Source: Nitrososphaeria archaeon
Lineage (GTDB): Archaea; Thermoproteota; Nitrososphaeria; Nitrososphaerales; JANXEG01
DNA length: 64,000 nt
Assembly: GCA_029775915.1 (NCBI GenBank)
Contig: JARVKA010000001.1
Coordinates: 98,594 to 162,593, forward strand
Reading direction: 5' to 3'
This document shows, piece after piece, positions 8,495-19,249 of the stretch. Numbering within the stretch: position 1 is the first letter of the stretch; each line of letters starts with the position of its first letter. The notes under the pieces were generated by a model. It worked only from the letters and a program-made list of their open reading frames with translations, was not told the origin of the DNA and did no database searches. Both the position numbers and the translations under genes were made by a program.

Positions 8495-11158
8495 GTGAAT
8501 AATCGAATGGTAATAACTAAAATGAAGAGCATAGCATTAATAATTACTTTCACATTAATCTCCCAACTCATTCCTATAGGAATCGCATCTACTTCAACTT
8601 GGAGTTATAGTGAGAGGCTTAATTTAACTATACTTGGAAATGATGTATTTTGGGAGTTTGTATTTACGGATGGGAATGTTACTTCAAGCTTACTATCAAA
8701 TGTTGAAAAAGTTCCAAATATTTTAAACTTCAAATTAATTATGGCAAAGTTGGAAGGATGGCTACCTGATTATCATTTAATTCATGAGTTGAAAACCGAT
8801 CAATTACCACCTAATGGTTTAATTCTTAAAGTAAAATCTCTTTCGAGAATTTCTGCTGATAAAATAGCTTCAATTATAGATGTAATATTTAATGTAAATC
8901 TTCAATTAATTGAGTCAGCTATTAATGAATATGTATTTTATTCACCAATAGATTTTAACACATTTGTTGAGAAGCATCTCAAACTTCTTTTACCTAAATC
9001 ATTAGGAGGTCTTAGCCTCTTATTAAGTGAGAAAATGCTCACTAGTGAAAAGATAGGTATTATTACTATAACTGCTAATAAATCGAATACGAATTTTCAA
9101 TATTCAATAAGTATATCGAGTGTGAAGCAAAACTTTATTAAAGATGAATTAGATTTATCAAAACTCTTCCCACTTTACAGTAAAATAAATGCCTCCCAAT
9201 TCTCTAATTCATCGATTATTTATATTAAAGTTCTTGGAGGCTTCATCGATTCAGCAAGTATTGGAAAGGTTGAAAATAATTTACAAAACTTTACTTCACA
9301 ACTCTCATTAATATTACAACCAAATAAATCACTCCCTCATCTTACTATCAAAATCATTAATGATTTTCCTTCATTAATTGCGATTCGCCAAATCGATAAA
9401 GGTTCTGTTAATTTGAATGAAACTATTGAGGTTCGAATTAAATTAAAAAATATCGCCCCGCCCAATGCTCCTCCTATTGAAAATATTCGTATAAATGAAG
9501 ATTGGTGGTTACCATACTTTGAAAAAATAGCTGGTGAAACATCTTTAACCATTCCACGTATCGAATCGGGTGAAGAGAAAATTATAGCGTATATGTTAAG
9601 AGCAATTTCACCATTAAGCATTACAATTACTCAATCATCATTTAAAAACTTAATCACATACTCATATAAAATACGTGATAAAATAGTTAATGCGAGTACC
9701 CTTTTGAATCAAGCTGAAGTTTCATTAAATACTCTTCGTTCAGCCATACGTATTGAAGCATTTACAAATTTATCAAGTACGCCTTTAGCGTCATCATTAC
9801 CAATAAACTTAACCGTGATTAATTATGGTAATAGAGCTGCTTTTAATCTTAAAATCTACTCTGATGGAATTTTATTAAGTGAAATTAACACCTTACTTCC
9901 TAATCAACGTTGGAGTATAACTACAAATGTAAGTTCAAAGTCTTTAACTAATATAAGTTTAGTTAAAGGATGGTTGGTAGAGTGGCTTTCAAATGAAGAA
10001 GTGAGAAAAGCGGAATCAAATACTATTACCTTCTTTAATCGATTATCTAAAACAAATTTACCAAGTTTAGCCCTTTCTAAAAGTGCATCCACTTTAAATG
10101 TTAATGATAAGTTATTTGTCAATGTGACTGTTAAGGTTAATAATATAGGTCGAAGTGATTTAAAGGATATTGTTGTAGAAGATTCTATCCCTATTGGATT
10201 AAATTATGTAAATGGAAGCTTCATTTTTGCAAATGGGCGTATACAAGCAAAAATTTCAGAACTTAAAGTTGGTGAGAGTAAAATTGTTAATTATTTAAAT
10301 GAAGTTGTTAATAAAGATGAGAATTATGTATTTCCTCCAGCTATTGCTAATATTAAATGGTTTAATTCAACTTTTCATTACATCTCTACATCATCTGGTT
10401 TGCCATTAGGTATAAGTGTTGAGAAATTCCTTTCAATAAATGAAGGATTCATAGGTATGAATACATCTGTATTGGTAAAGGTTACGAATAAAGGAAGCAA
10501 ACCGATATTTAATTTAATTATACAAGAACAACGGGATTCATCTTTAAAACCTATCCTTGATATTACTAAAGGGAATCAAAGTATTTTAGCTAGTGGTGAA
10601 ACTTCCCAAATGAATTATATAGCGAGAATGGATCGAATTGGTGAATTTAAAACATCAAGCGCAATCGCTCAATTTATATTTGCAGGGATGTTACAAAGTA
10701 AAGAGAGTAATACACCGATTGTAAAGATTCACAAAACTCCCATTGTGAGTTTATCATTTAATCCTTCACAATCATTAGAGGGAAAGGATTTTGAAGCTAT
10801 ACTTGTAGTGCATAATCCATCTCAACTTCAAGTTTTTAATATCTCTGTAAAGACTATACTTCCATCGAGCTTAAAGATTATTAAAGGCTCATTAAATCTT
10901 ACTCATTATAGTTTAAAACCTAATGAAAATATTACATTAAAAGCGAATTTGATAAGTTATTTAGCGAATAGTTATCAAATTAGCAAACCGATTTTAACCT
11001 TTATCTATGAAGGGCAGAATTTAATTGGAAACTCAAATGAAGTTAAAATTACTATAATGGAAGATCTTTCAAATAGATATGGTATTCCCATCGCAATCGC
11101 TCTTTTAATGTCTTTAGTTACGGTTATTATTGTGAGGCGAATAACATACTCTACTTAA
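8495..11158 (+). CDS. Large cell-surface protein (N-terminal signal/anchor, C-terminal TM anchor, CARDB/DUF11-like beta repeats, sequon-rich)
   Basis: 887 aa with a hydrophobic N-terminus (IALIITFTLISQLIPIGIAS) and a C-terminal TM helix (IPIAIALLMSLVTVIIV) followed by RR. Repeated beta-sandwich-like segments: IEVRIKLKNI, VTVKVNNIGRSDL, VLVKVTNKGSKPI, AILVVHNPSQ. Many N-x-S/T sequons. Confidence 0.6.
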   Translation: MNNRMVITKMKSIALIITFTLISQLIPIGIASTSTWSYSERLNLTILGNDVFWEFVFTDGNVTSSLLSNVEKVPNILNFKLIMAKLEGWLPDYHLIHELKTDQLPPNGLILKVKSLSRISADKIASIIDVIFNVNLQLIESAINEYVFYSPIDFNTFVEKHLKLLLPKSLGGLSLLLSEKMLTSEKIGIITITANKSNTNFQYSISISSVKQNFIKDELDLSKLFPLYSKINASQFSNSSIIYIKVLGGFIDSASIGKVENNLQNFTSQLSLILQPNKSLPHLTIKIINDFPSLIAIRQIDKGSVNLNETIEVRIKLKNIAPPNAPPIENIRINEDWWLPYFEKIAGETSLTIPRIESGEEKIIAYMLRAISPLSITITQSSFKNLITYSYKIRDKIVNASTLLNQAEVSLNTLRSAIRIEAFTNLSSTPLASSLPINLTVINYGNRAAFNLKIYSDGILLSEINTLLPNQRWSITTNVSSKSLTNISLVKGWLVEWLSNEEVRKAESNTITFFNRLSKTNLPSLALSKSASTLNVNDKLFVNVTVKVNNIGRSDLKDIVVEDSIPIGLNYVNGSFIFANGRIQAKISELKVGESKIVNYLNEVVNKDENYVFPPAIANIKWFNSTFHYISTSSGLPLGISVEKFLSINEGFIGMNTSVLVKVTNKGSKPIFNLIIQEQRDSSLKPILDITKGNQSILASGETSQMNYIARMDRIGEFKTSSAIAQFIFAGMLQSKESNTPIVKIHKTPIVSLSFNPSQSLEGKDFEAILVVHNPSQLQVFNISVKTILPSSLKIIKGSLNLTHYSLKPNENITLKANLISYLANSYQISKPILTFIYEGQNLIGNSNEVKITIMEDLSNRYGIPIAIALLMSLVTVIIVRRITYST

Positions 11159-11181
11159 GGTTAGAAACAATTTTTATTCAA

Positions 11182-12708
11182 TCATTTTAATGGGATAGAT
11201 AAAGCCCTTTCAACCTCTGATCGATGGATTGTATTCATTGTACAAAATGGTATAATTCTTCCATCTGGTAAGCCATAATGTATAGTGCATCTTTGAACAC
11301 GTTCTAAATCAAAATTGTATAAATCCATAAAGTGCATCATACCTATCATAACCATGCGATAATGCAAATCAGCTAATGATTTATAACTACCAGTTTTTAA
11401 AATCGGCAATAAGAGTTTGCGCAATAAGCCCCATTTAACATATTTGAGAGAGCTAATCATTTTCATTTTAGCTTTAATCTTATGACCATCTTTAGCCAAT
11501 TGATAAACTTCTTCCATCACGCTCATAAATTTCTCAACATTCGCATAACGTGTTATAGGAATCATTTTATCTCCTTCAACAAATACATAAGTAGCCATAC
11601 CACAATGGGGATGTACAGTAAACTCAACATAGCGATGATTATGCAATGCACCTACAGCTTGTGATATAGGAACAACGAATGGTACTGGGTAAAAATCATC
11701 TGCTTTTATTTGACCATCAGTTTGCTTTTCAATTAACTTTATACATTCTGGAATAGTAATTCTCATTTCTTTACGCTTTTCATAATCGATTCTACCAGTA
11801 ATCGAGACTGGTTGAAAATTAACACATCGAACAACATCTGCATTAGCTACACCAAATTTTATTATATCGCCCAATTGATCATCATTCACACCTTTAATAA
11901 TTGTAGGAACGAGAATAATTGCATCAAAACCAATCTTTCTACAATTTTCAATAACTTTGAGCTTAACATCAAGTAAATCAATACCTCGTGTTTTCAAATA
12001 TGTTTCTCTTTTAACACCATCAAATTGGAGATAAATTGCACAAGCACCCGCATCTACTAATTTTTTACAATAATCGATAGAATTCGCTAATCGAATACCA
12101 TTTGTATTCACTTCAATATGATGAAAACCAGACTTTTTCGCATATTCAATAAGCTCAGGTAAATCATCTCTAACAGTTGGCTCTCCACCACTAAATTGGA
12201 GTGCTGGTGGTTTAACTGGCTCATTCGATCTAAAATTATCAATAATGCGCTTTATCTCATCAGTGGTCGGTTGATAAAGATAGCCAGTAGCCTCAGCATT
12301 CGCAAAGCATACTGGACATTTAAGATTACATCTATTTGTCACATCTATTATAGCTAAAACTGTATGTGATTTATGCTCATTACAAATCCCACAATCGAAT
12401 GGGCATCCCTTTTCAGTACGTTTAGTTCTCGGATTTGTTAAACCATTTCCAATATGCTCGAATCTTTTAGCTTTTAAATACATTTGATAATCAGACCAAT
12501 AAATATCCTCAAAAATACCATGAATAGGGCACTCCTTTATTATAACCACCTGATCTTTTTCATCACGGAAGAGTTGAGCTTTTAAAACTTTTAAGCATTC
12601 TGGACAAAGTGATTCTGTATCCTTTATCTTCTCCATAGTTGCAAGTTTTTGTTTAATGGTATCTTTCGATAATAACTCATTATTAATAACATTAAAACCT
12701 TCCTTCAA
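11182..12708 (-). CDS. Radical SAM enzyme, tetraether lipid synthase (Tes / GDGT-MAS, MJ0619-type)-like
   Basis: Radical SAM motif CNLKCPVC. Cys-rich N-terminal region (CPECLKV..CPIHG and CPFDCGICNEH). 508 aa. The architecture is as I remember it for the MJ0619 family; the assignment is from memory only. Confidence 0.5.
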   Translation of the reverse strand: MKEGFNVINNELLSKDTIKQKLATMEKIKDTESLCPECLKVLKAQLFRDEKDQVVIIKECPIHGIFEDIYWSDYQMYLKAKRFEHIGNGLTNPRTKRTEKGCPFDCGICNEHKSHTVLAIIDVTNRCNLKCPVCFANAEATGYLYQPTTDEIKRIIDNFRSNEPVKPPALQFSGGEPTVRDDLPELIEYAKKSGFHHIEVNTNGIRLANSIDYCKKLVDAGACAIYLQFDGVKRETYLKTRGIDLLDVKLKVIENCRKIGFDAIILVPTIIKGVNDDQLGDIIKFGVANADVVRCVNFQPVSITGRIDYEKRKEMRITIPECIKLIEKQTDGQIKADDFYPVPFVVPISQAVGALHNHRYVEFTVHPHCGMATYVFVEGDKMIPITRYANVEKFMSVMEEVYQLAKDGHKIKAKMKMISSLKYVKWGLLRKLLLPILKTGSYKSLADLHYRMVMIGMMHFMDLYNFDLERVQRCTIHYGLPDGRIIPFCTMNTIHRSEVERALSIPLK

Positions 12709-12779
12709 TTTACCACCAAAAGTTGTAAATATTTAAAATATAATAATTTTATCAAACTATTCATAAGGTGTAAAGTGGT

Positions 12780-13541
12780 ATGGTTATAAGTGAGAAAACC
12801 TATCGATTATTACGAGCTTTAGGTTTAACAGAGTATGAGATTAAAGCTTACCTCACTTTACTTAAATTCGGCTCACAAACCGCAAGTGTAATAAGTATGG
12901 ATAGTGGAATACCATATTCAAAAATTTATGATGTATTAAGGAATTTGGAGAGAAAAGGTTGGATTGAAGTTGAACGAGCTAAACCTAGTAAGTATTATCC
13001 TAAACCTCCTGTGTTGGCTTTTAATTCAACTAAGATGAAGTTAGAGAAGGAATTAAAAGAGACTGAACTTCAAATTTTACAAGAACTTCAGCCTATGTTC
13101 GAAAGGAAAGAGATAAAGGAGAAGCCTGATATTTGGATTGTGAGAGGAGAGTTTAATGTATTATCAAAAATTAAGGAAGCTTTTGATAGATGTGAAAATG
13201 AGCTTTTAATCGCAATTCCGAGTGTACCAGATGAATGGATAGAAGCATTAATTCCTACTATAATCAATTTGAAGGATAAGAATGTGAAGATTATGATTAT
13301 GACTACACACGATATGAGTAGTAAAATATTGAAAAAATTGGTTAGATATGGTGATTTAAGAATAAAGTATGAAATGTTTGGAGGTGGTGTGATTATTGAT
13401 GGTAAAGAAGTGGTTTTACTTTTAAGTGGTGATAAGGGGGGTTGGCCATTAGCTATATGGTCAGATTATGTTAGTTTAGCAAAATTTGCAAAAGATTACT
13501 TTACTCATTTATGGAGAGAGGCTGAGAAGATCAATATTTAA
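12780..13541 (+). CDS. TrmB-family transcriptional regulator
   Basis: N-terminal wHTH LGLTEYEIKAYLTLLKFGSQTASVISMDSGIPYSKIYDVLRNLERKGWI plus a C-terminal effector-like domain. 253 aa. Confidence 0.8.
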   Translation: MVISEKTYRLLRALGLTEYEIKAYLTLLKFGSQTASVISMDSGIPYSKIYDVLRNLERKGWIEVERAKPSKYYPKPPVLAFNSTKMKLEKELKETELQILQELQPMFERKEIKEKPDIWIVRGEFNVLSKIKEAFDRCENELLIAIPSVPDEWIEALIPTIINLKDKNVKIMIMTTHDMSSKILKKLVRYGDLRIKYEMFGGGVIIDGKEVVLLLSGDKGGWPLAIWSDYVSLAKFAKDYFTHLWREAEKINI

Positions 13542-13603
13542 ATAATCTTTTAATTTTTCTATGATTAAGATATTAAGATTAATTATTTTAGGAAGGGGTA
13601 ATT

Positions 13604-13753
13604 ATGAAAATTGTGTTTAAAGTAACCTTCATACCAAAAGCCAGTTGGGTTGATGAAATTTATCTTGGTAATATGTTAATAGAGATATTAGCTGCACTAA
13701 GGGATAGGCAGAATGTTTTTGATTTTGAAGTTACAAAAGAAAGCGTAGAGTAA
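13604..13753 (+). CDS. Small hypothetical protein (49 aa)
   Basis: Below the track cut-off: MKIVFKVTFIPKASWVDEIYLGNMLIEILAALRDRQNVFDFEVTKESVE. A GGAAGGGG purine-rich motif lies just upstream of the ATG. No homology recognised. Confidence 0.25.
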   Translation: MKIVFKVTFIPKASWVDEIYLGNMLIEILAALRDRQNVFDFEVTKESVE

Positions 13754-13874
13754 TAAACTATTTACAAAAGTATTACAATAAAAGGAAGGTATGTGGTTAT
13801 TCAAAGAATTCTTTTTATTAAATGTTAAAATCTTAATTTAATGTTATATAGGTTAATTCGGATGGAATAAATAC

Positions 13875-15200
13875 TCAATCAAACTCATTTACTATTTCTT
13901 TAAATCTAGATAATTCATAAGAATTGCTGGTGTTGAATGATAAGAAGCCCTCTCGAATAAGTTTATTCAAAATATAAGCTGAGTAAGCTGGTGCTCCTGT
14001 TGCTCCTGGTGAATTAAAATTTACAATGTGGCAAGAGTAATCATTTTTTAATTCAATCGCTTCTGGCACAAAGCCTTTTTTATTTATAACCGAATTACGA
14101 ACACCAGCTATACCTCTGCGAATTAAATAATTGCTTCTTAACTCAGGTATAAATCTTCGCACTCTATTACACATCTCCCTTTTAAATAAGGAGCTTCTCC
14201 ACTCTCTCGAAACTAATTCGATAAATTTTTTATCGATAAATAATCTTAACTTATTAATTATAGGTTTCTCAAAAATTTCATTTAAAAGCTCTATGGGATT
14301 ATTTGCCAAGCCACGATATGTTTGAGAACCAGCCACAAGTACAGCATTAGGCCCTATTTCTCTCATACCGTTGTAACGAACTATAAAGTGAGGATCTAAG
14401 AAAGGATACTCTTTAACGTAAGGAACGGAGTAGATATTGCGATGGATTAATTCTCCAAATGAAGGCTCTACAACCCAATACTCACCCCGAAAGTGAAGAT
14501 CTGTATACTCCATACCTAAATTCATACTATGCGCAATACTTAAAGAACTACCGCCAGCACAATTTATCAAATAATCTGCTTGGAATGGCTCATCTTTACC
14601 TTTAATAAAGATATTTAGCCCACCATTTTTAATCTTTATCCTTGAAACTTGACAATTCATTAAAAATTTCACATCAAAAGCTTCAGCATCATGCCTTAAA
14701 GCTTCAGCAAATTTTTTAAAATCTACCGCTGTATCAGTTTTACATAAAACAGCGGCTAAGCATTTCACATAAGGCTCAAACTTTTTTACATCTTTACCAT
14801 CTAGAAACTCAAGCTCACTCTTATTCATACCATTCTCAAGACCCCACTTCATATAATCATAAAGCTCTTTCACATCACTCTCATTTACAGCTATTTTATA
14901 TGTACCGATTTGCTCCCATGGTAATTTTTTCTCCTTAGCATATTTACACCAAAACTTCTCATAAGATAATTGAGCACTTTTAGCAAAGATCCTCTTCTTT
15001 ATTGGATTAAGATAGAATGGTCTATGTATAACGCCTGTATTACGATAAGTTGCATGTAAACCTACTCCATTCTCTTTTTCAAAAACAATAATAGAAGCAT
15101 TACAAACTCTAGATGCCCAATATGCGAATGAAGTTCCTAAAATACCAGCACCTACAATCGCTAATTTGATTGGCATTTCATTAATATTAATATTAATCAA
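13875..15200 (-). CDS. FAD-dependent oxidoreductase, L-2-hydroxyglutarate oxidase (LhgO)-like
   Basis: Dinucleotide-binding motif LAIVGAGILGTSFAYW and NTGVIHRPFY, similar to the LhgO HNSGVIH-GIYY segment. 441 aa. Confidence 0.6.
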   Translation of the reverse strand: MINININEMPIKLAIVGAGILGTSFAYWASRVCNASIIVFEKENGVGLHATYRNTGVIHRPFYLNPIKKRIFAKSAQLSYEKFWCKYAKEKKLPWEQIGTYKIAVNESDVKELYDYMKWGLENGMNKSELEFLDGKDVKKFEPYVKCLAAVLCKTDTAVDFKKFAEALRHDAEAFDVKFLMNCQVSRIKIKNGGLNIFIKGKDEPFQADYLINCAGGSSLSIAHSMNLGMEYTDLHFRGEYWVVEPSFGELIHRNIYSVPYVKEYPFLDPHFIVRYNGMREIGPNAVLVAGSQTYRGLANNPIELLNEIFEKPIINKLRLFIDKKFIELVSREWRSSLFKREMCNRVRRFIPELRSNYLIRRGIAGVRNSVINKKGFVPEAIELKNDYSCHIVNFNSPGATGAPAYSAYILNKLIREGFLSFNTSNSYELSRFKEIVNEFD

Positions 15201-15211
15201 TCTTGATAAAT

Positions 15212-15817
15212 TTATTCTTTATTTGATTTCATTATTCCAACCAATTGTAAAGTGAGTTCTTTCCAACAATTTATACAAAACCAATCACCTTTTCGATAAA
15301 GCTCAATAGGTGAGTTAGAGTAATGCATAACACAATTCCAATCATTACAGTGGGGTAATCCTAAAGTATGTCCAAACTCATGAATGAGAACCTTTTTAAA
15401 TTGCTTCTTAAAGAATGCTCTTCCTTTATTCGTGTAATGAAAAATCTCTTCAAATCCTTTCCAAAAGCTTGGATTTATTCGAGCTGATGAGATTAAAGCT
15501 GAACCGATGGTGGCTAAGCCAAAGATATAATTTGTACCAGTAGTATAAATATCAGTTGATGTTAATACAATAATCACATCATTCCTTCTCATTTGAATAG
15601 CAGCTTTTAAAATTACATCAGCTAAATATTGCTTACCGAAAATAGTTATTCGATATGGGAATTCATCCAAATTTAAAGCTTTATTTGAAATTTTAACGTT
15701 TACATACTCTATAAATGCATCTTTATATGTGTTTAAAGCAAAATCTAAATCGATATTCGCTACATCATTTGTTGGAACTATCTCTACATCCACCTTTCTT
15801 AATCCCAAACTTTTCAC
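15212..15817 (-). CDS. amzA: Archaemetzincin (zinc metalloprotease AmzA)
   Basis: HEFGHTLGLPHC catalytic motif plus a second Cys cluster (CVMH ... CINC). 201 aa. Confidence 0.85.
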   Translation of the reverse strand: MKSLGLRKVDVEIVPTNDVANIDLDFALNTYKDAFIEYVNVKISNKALNLDEFPYRITIFGKQYLADVILKAAIQMRRNDVIIVLTSTDIYTTGTNYIFGLATIGSALISSARINPSFWKGFEEIFHYTNKGRAFFKKQFKKVLIHEFGHTLGLPHCNDWNCVMHYSNSPIELYRKGDWFCINCWKELTLQLVGIMKSNKE

Positions 15818-16059
15818 CTATAATTTACCAACAATATATTATTTACACCAATGATTATAAATTAATAATCTCTCAAAAGGAATAAGATTATTACGAGTAC
15901 TACTCGAGTTAAATTATAATACTTCCCCTCATTTCATTCCTTGCCATATAACCATATAATATCACTTTTTCTATTATCCATTCTAGATATTATCACATCA
16001 TAATTTCATGATGGTTATAAGATTAAAATCCAAAAATTTATTTCCCTTACAATAACTCA

Positions 16060-17286
16060 TTATTTTTTTGGCAAATTTTTGAATATTATAAAGCCAAAAA
16101 TAGAACCTATTATCAAAAAGGATGAGATTAAAAGAAGTAAAAAAGGTGGAGATTGTGAATAAACGTATCCGCCTATTAAAGAACCAATGGTAGCACCAAA
16201 ATAATAGGATAAATTCATGAAAGTTTCTGCCCTACCTCTTAAATTTTGCTTAACCATTCGAGCTACAATTGTTCTCTCAATGCTATAGGTTAACGCACCA
16301 CAAATATTCAATAAAGCCATAGAAATAAACAAAGCAATTTTCATATTAAGAAAAAAGAATAAGGGTGTTAACCCTTCGCAAAATACGAGAATTCCGTAAG
16401 AAATAGCTGGCTTAATCCTACTAACAAGCTTGGTTAAAGGTAAAGCGAGAATATATGAAATAGAGGATAATGATACAATTAATCCCCATTCTGTAAAAGA
16501 GACTATTTGGGCATAATTAACAGCATAAAGAATAGCAAAATAGTAAAATGCAAAGGTGCCAATTAATAAGGCAAAACTGCGTAAAAATATAAGTTTTTTT
16601 ATAACAGAATCCAATATTTGAAAGTCTTTTACAACATTTATGTATATTTTATACAACATCTTAATATTGAAATGTTTGATATCTTTCATCGTCTCTGATA
16701 AAACTCTCCATCTTAATAACCCCATAATTAATGTAATAAACCCTCCAAAAATAAAACCAAATTTTAAACCTAAAATACCATAAGATTCCCTAAGGTAGCC
16801 ACCTAATATTGATGTAATTGCGAACGGTAAATGATCGATAACAAGCGCTAAAGTAAAGATAGTTATTAATTGCTCACCACTCACAGAATCCATTATCATA
16901 GCATTAAAGGCTGGGAAATAAATTGAAGAAATACCTTCACTCACAGCTGCTAAAATAAATCCAAATTCATCATTAGCTAATGCATATATAATTTGGGAAA
17001 ATCCGAGTAAAAAAGTCCCGATCCAAATAGGCTTCTTTCTACCAATATGATCGGTGAAAAAACCACCAAATATCAAAAAGCATATGCAAGTGGTATTATG
17101 AATTGATGCTACAACTCCTGCTATAATCGCACTACCAGTTACAGTATAAATATATTCAGAAAGGAATGGATAAGCAATGCCTATCGAGAAGCTTAAAAAA
17201 CCAGATGTAATTAATAAAGCCTTAACGTTAAGGTTGAGCTTTTTAAACAATACTAAACCACCTAAATGGGTGATTATTCTTAACAA
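16060..17286 (-). CDS. MFS transporter
   Basis: 408 aa, about 12 hydrophobic segments. MFS motif-A-like loop DHIGRKKP after TM2. Confidence 0.7.
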   Translation of the reverse strand: MLRIITHLGGLVLFKKLNLNVKALLITSGFLSFSIGIAYPFLSEYIYTVTGSAIIAGVVASIHNTTCICFLIFGGFFTDHIGRKKPIWIGTFLLGFSQIIYALANDEFGFILAAVSEGISSIYFPAFNAMIMDSVSGEQLITIFTLALVIDHLPFAITSILGGYLRESYGILGLKFGFIFGGFITLIMGLLRWRVLSETMKDIKHFNIKMLYKIYINVVKDFQILDSVIKKLIFLRSFALLIGTFAFYYFAILYAVNYAQIVSFTEWGLIVSLSSISYILALPLTKLVSRIKPAISYGILVFCEGLTPLFFFLNMKIALFISMALLNICGALTYSIERTIVARMVKQNLRGRAETFMNLSYYFGATIGSLIGGYVYSQSPPFLLLLISSFLIIGSIFGFIIFKNLPKK

Positions 17287-17393
17287 AGGATTATAAAACT
17301 TTATTCATTTCTCTCTTTATTACAAAAGTCATCCTAACCATAAAAATAAGACTTTGATAATAAAGCTTATAAAGGCACAACTTTAAGTTAGTT

Positions 17394-18359
17394 GTGAATA
17401 TGAAGTTTGAGATGGCAAGAGCTGCAAGAATCGCTGTAGAAGAGTGTATGGGTGTTAAAAGTGATGAAGAGGTTTGCATAGTTACAGATACAAATATGCT
17501 CTCAATAGCTGAGGCATTAGCATATGCAGCTAAAAGTGTAGGTGCTGAGACAATAATGGTTATAATGAGTCCAAGAGAGATGCATGGCAATGAGCCTCCA
17601 AAAGTGGTAGCTCAAGCGATGCTTGGTGCTAATGTTATTTTAGCCCCAACTACCTATTCCATCACACATACAAAAGCGAGAGTAAAGGCTAGTGAAAATG
17701 GTGCTAGAGTCTTAATATTAAGAGGTGTGACTGAAGAAATGATGATAGATGGTGCGATGTTAGCTGATTATAAAAAAGTAAAAGAGGATACTGAGAAAGT
17801 AGCAAGTATTTTATCAAAAGGTAAAAGGGTTAGGGTAATAAGTAAACTTGGGACTGATGTTGAATTTAGCATAGAGGGAAGGGAGAGTTTTGTATTAGCT
17901 GGCTTTTACAATCCAAAGACTGGCTTTGCAGTCTTGCCTGATGGCGAAGCCCCTATAGCTCCTGTTGAAGGAACAGCTAATGGTGTTATAGTGTTTGATA
18001 CATCTATGGATGGCATCGGCTTATTGAAAGAACCTATACGACTTACAGTAAATAATGGTAAAGTTGTGAAGATTGAAGGAGGGCATGAAGCTGAAAGGTT
18101 AAAGGAAATAATAGAAAATGCTGATGAAAATGCTAAAAATATCGCTGAATTTGCCATAGGCACAAACCCAAAGGCAAAAATCATAGGTATTTTGGCTGAA
18201 GATAAAAAAAGGATAGGGAGTGTCCATTTCGCTTTAGGTAGTAACTTTACATTAGGAGGTAAAATTAAAAGTAAAATTCACATAGATGGACTCATAAAAG
18301 AGCCTACAGTTATTGTAGATGGAAGAGAAGTTGCTAAAGATGGCAAGCTTATTTTATAA
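17394..18359 (+). CDS. M29-family (AmpS/PepS-like) aminopeptidase
   Basis: 321 aa. C-terminal GSVHFALGSN..GGKIKSKIHIDG resembles the metal-binding HxAxG...H-D segment of thermophilic M29 aminopeptidases. Confidence 0.5.
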   Translation: MNMKFEMARAARIAVEECMGVKSDEEVCIVTDTNMLSIAEALAYAAKSVGAETIMVIMSPREMHGNEPPKVVAQAMLGANVILAPTTYSITHTKARVKASENGARVLILRGVTEEMMIDGAMLADYKKVKEDTEKVASILSKGKRVRVISKLGTDVEFSIEGRESFVLAGFYNPKTGFAVLPDGEAPIAPVEGTANGVIVFDTSMDGIGLLKEPIRLTVNNGKVVKIEGGHEAERLKEIIENADENAKNIAEFAIGTNPKAKIIGILAEDKKRIGSVHFALGSNFTLGGKIKSKIHIDGLIKEPTVIVDGREVAKDGKLIL

Positions 18360-18641
18360 TCAAATCAACCAATAATTATTCTAAAGCTTTTAGAAAAGCA
18401 GTTATAACACTTAATAATTAAGGTTTAATGGGGGTAATGATAAATTTATTTCGTGTAATCATCCTAACGTTAATCAACTTTCATAATACATTTAGTATAT
18501 CTTCACATTTAATGCTTAATTGGTTTGAACTTTTACATACTGAAATTTAAAAATATCGTTTTTGATAGATACGTATATATGATAGTAATGAAAAATACTT
18601 TCAATTTGTGAGTAAATAATGCGGAATTTAATAAAATAACA

Positions 18642-19181
18642 GTGAGGTTAATAATTATGGTTAAGAAAAACACATTAAGCAATCCTTTAATTAAAAATCG
18701 TTTTATGAGTTGGGTTGAGCGTAATATATCAAATCCAAAGTATTTAACTATATGTGATTGGCAAGCTGAGTTTGGTAATGATTTAACATTTAATGAAGCG
18801 ATAAATATGGCATTATCCAAATATCCAACAATTTGGAAAGAAAATGTTATTCAAAACCATTATCAAAAAATAAAGCAAATAGTATTCATAAAGCCATTAA
18901 TTGAGAAGATTTTAAATAATGAAGTTCAAGTCTCATATAGAAAAACTCCAAAAATTGGTTATTATTATGTAATTGATAATCGTTTTAAACCTTGTGAACC
19001 GAAAATCATTTTGGAGTTTTATAAATATGAAAAAGTAAATCCTTATAAGCTAACTGATGATGATGCGAAATTAGCTGGTATTGATAATGCTGATGAGATT
19101 CGCAATTTGTTTAGAAAGTGGTATGGAGATCCTATACCGATGTTATTCAGAAATTGGTTTAAAGTAGTCTCTATTGGGTAA
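18642..19181 (+). CDS. Hypothetical protein (possible ASCH/PUA-like C-terminal domain)
   Basis: 179-aa ORF. The C-terminal half (FIKPLIEKILNNEVQVSYRK...ILEFYKYEKV...) loosely resembles ASCH domains. Weak. Confidence 0.35.
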   Translation: MRLIIMVKKNTLSNPLIKNRFMSWVERNISNPKYLTICDWQAEFGNDLTFNEAINMALSKYPTIWKENVIQNHYQKIKQIVFIKPLIEKILNNEVQVSYRKTPKIGYYYVIDNRFKPCEPKIILEFYKYEKVNPYKLTDDDAKLAGIDNADEIRNLFRKWYGDPIPMLFRNWFKVVSIG

Positions 19182-19249
19182 AATCATTTTTACGTTAATT
19201 CACAAGAATATTTAAATTAAATTTTTGAATTATTGAATAGCATACGTTA

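Noticed and set aside
17291-17590. 99-aa minus-strand ORF between the MFS transporter and the aminopeptidase gene.
   Set aside because: It overlaps the 5' end of the well-supported plus-strand aminopeptidase ORF (17394-18359) by about 200 nt. Its sequence is Ala/Ser/Ile-rich mirror-frame noise, so it is probably not a gene.
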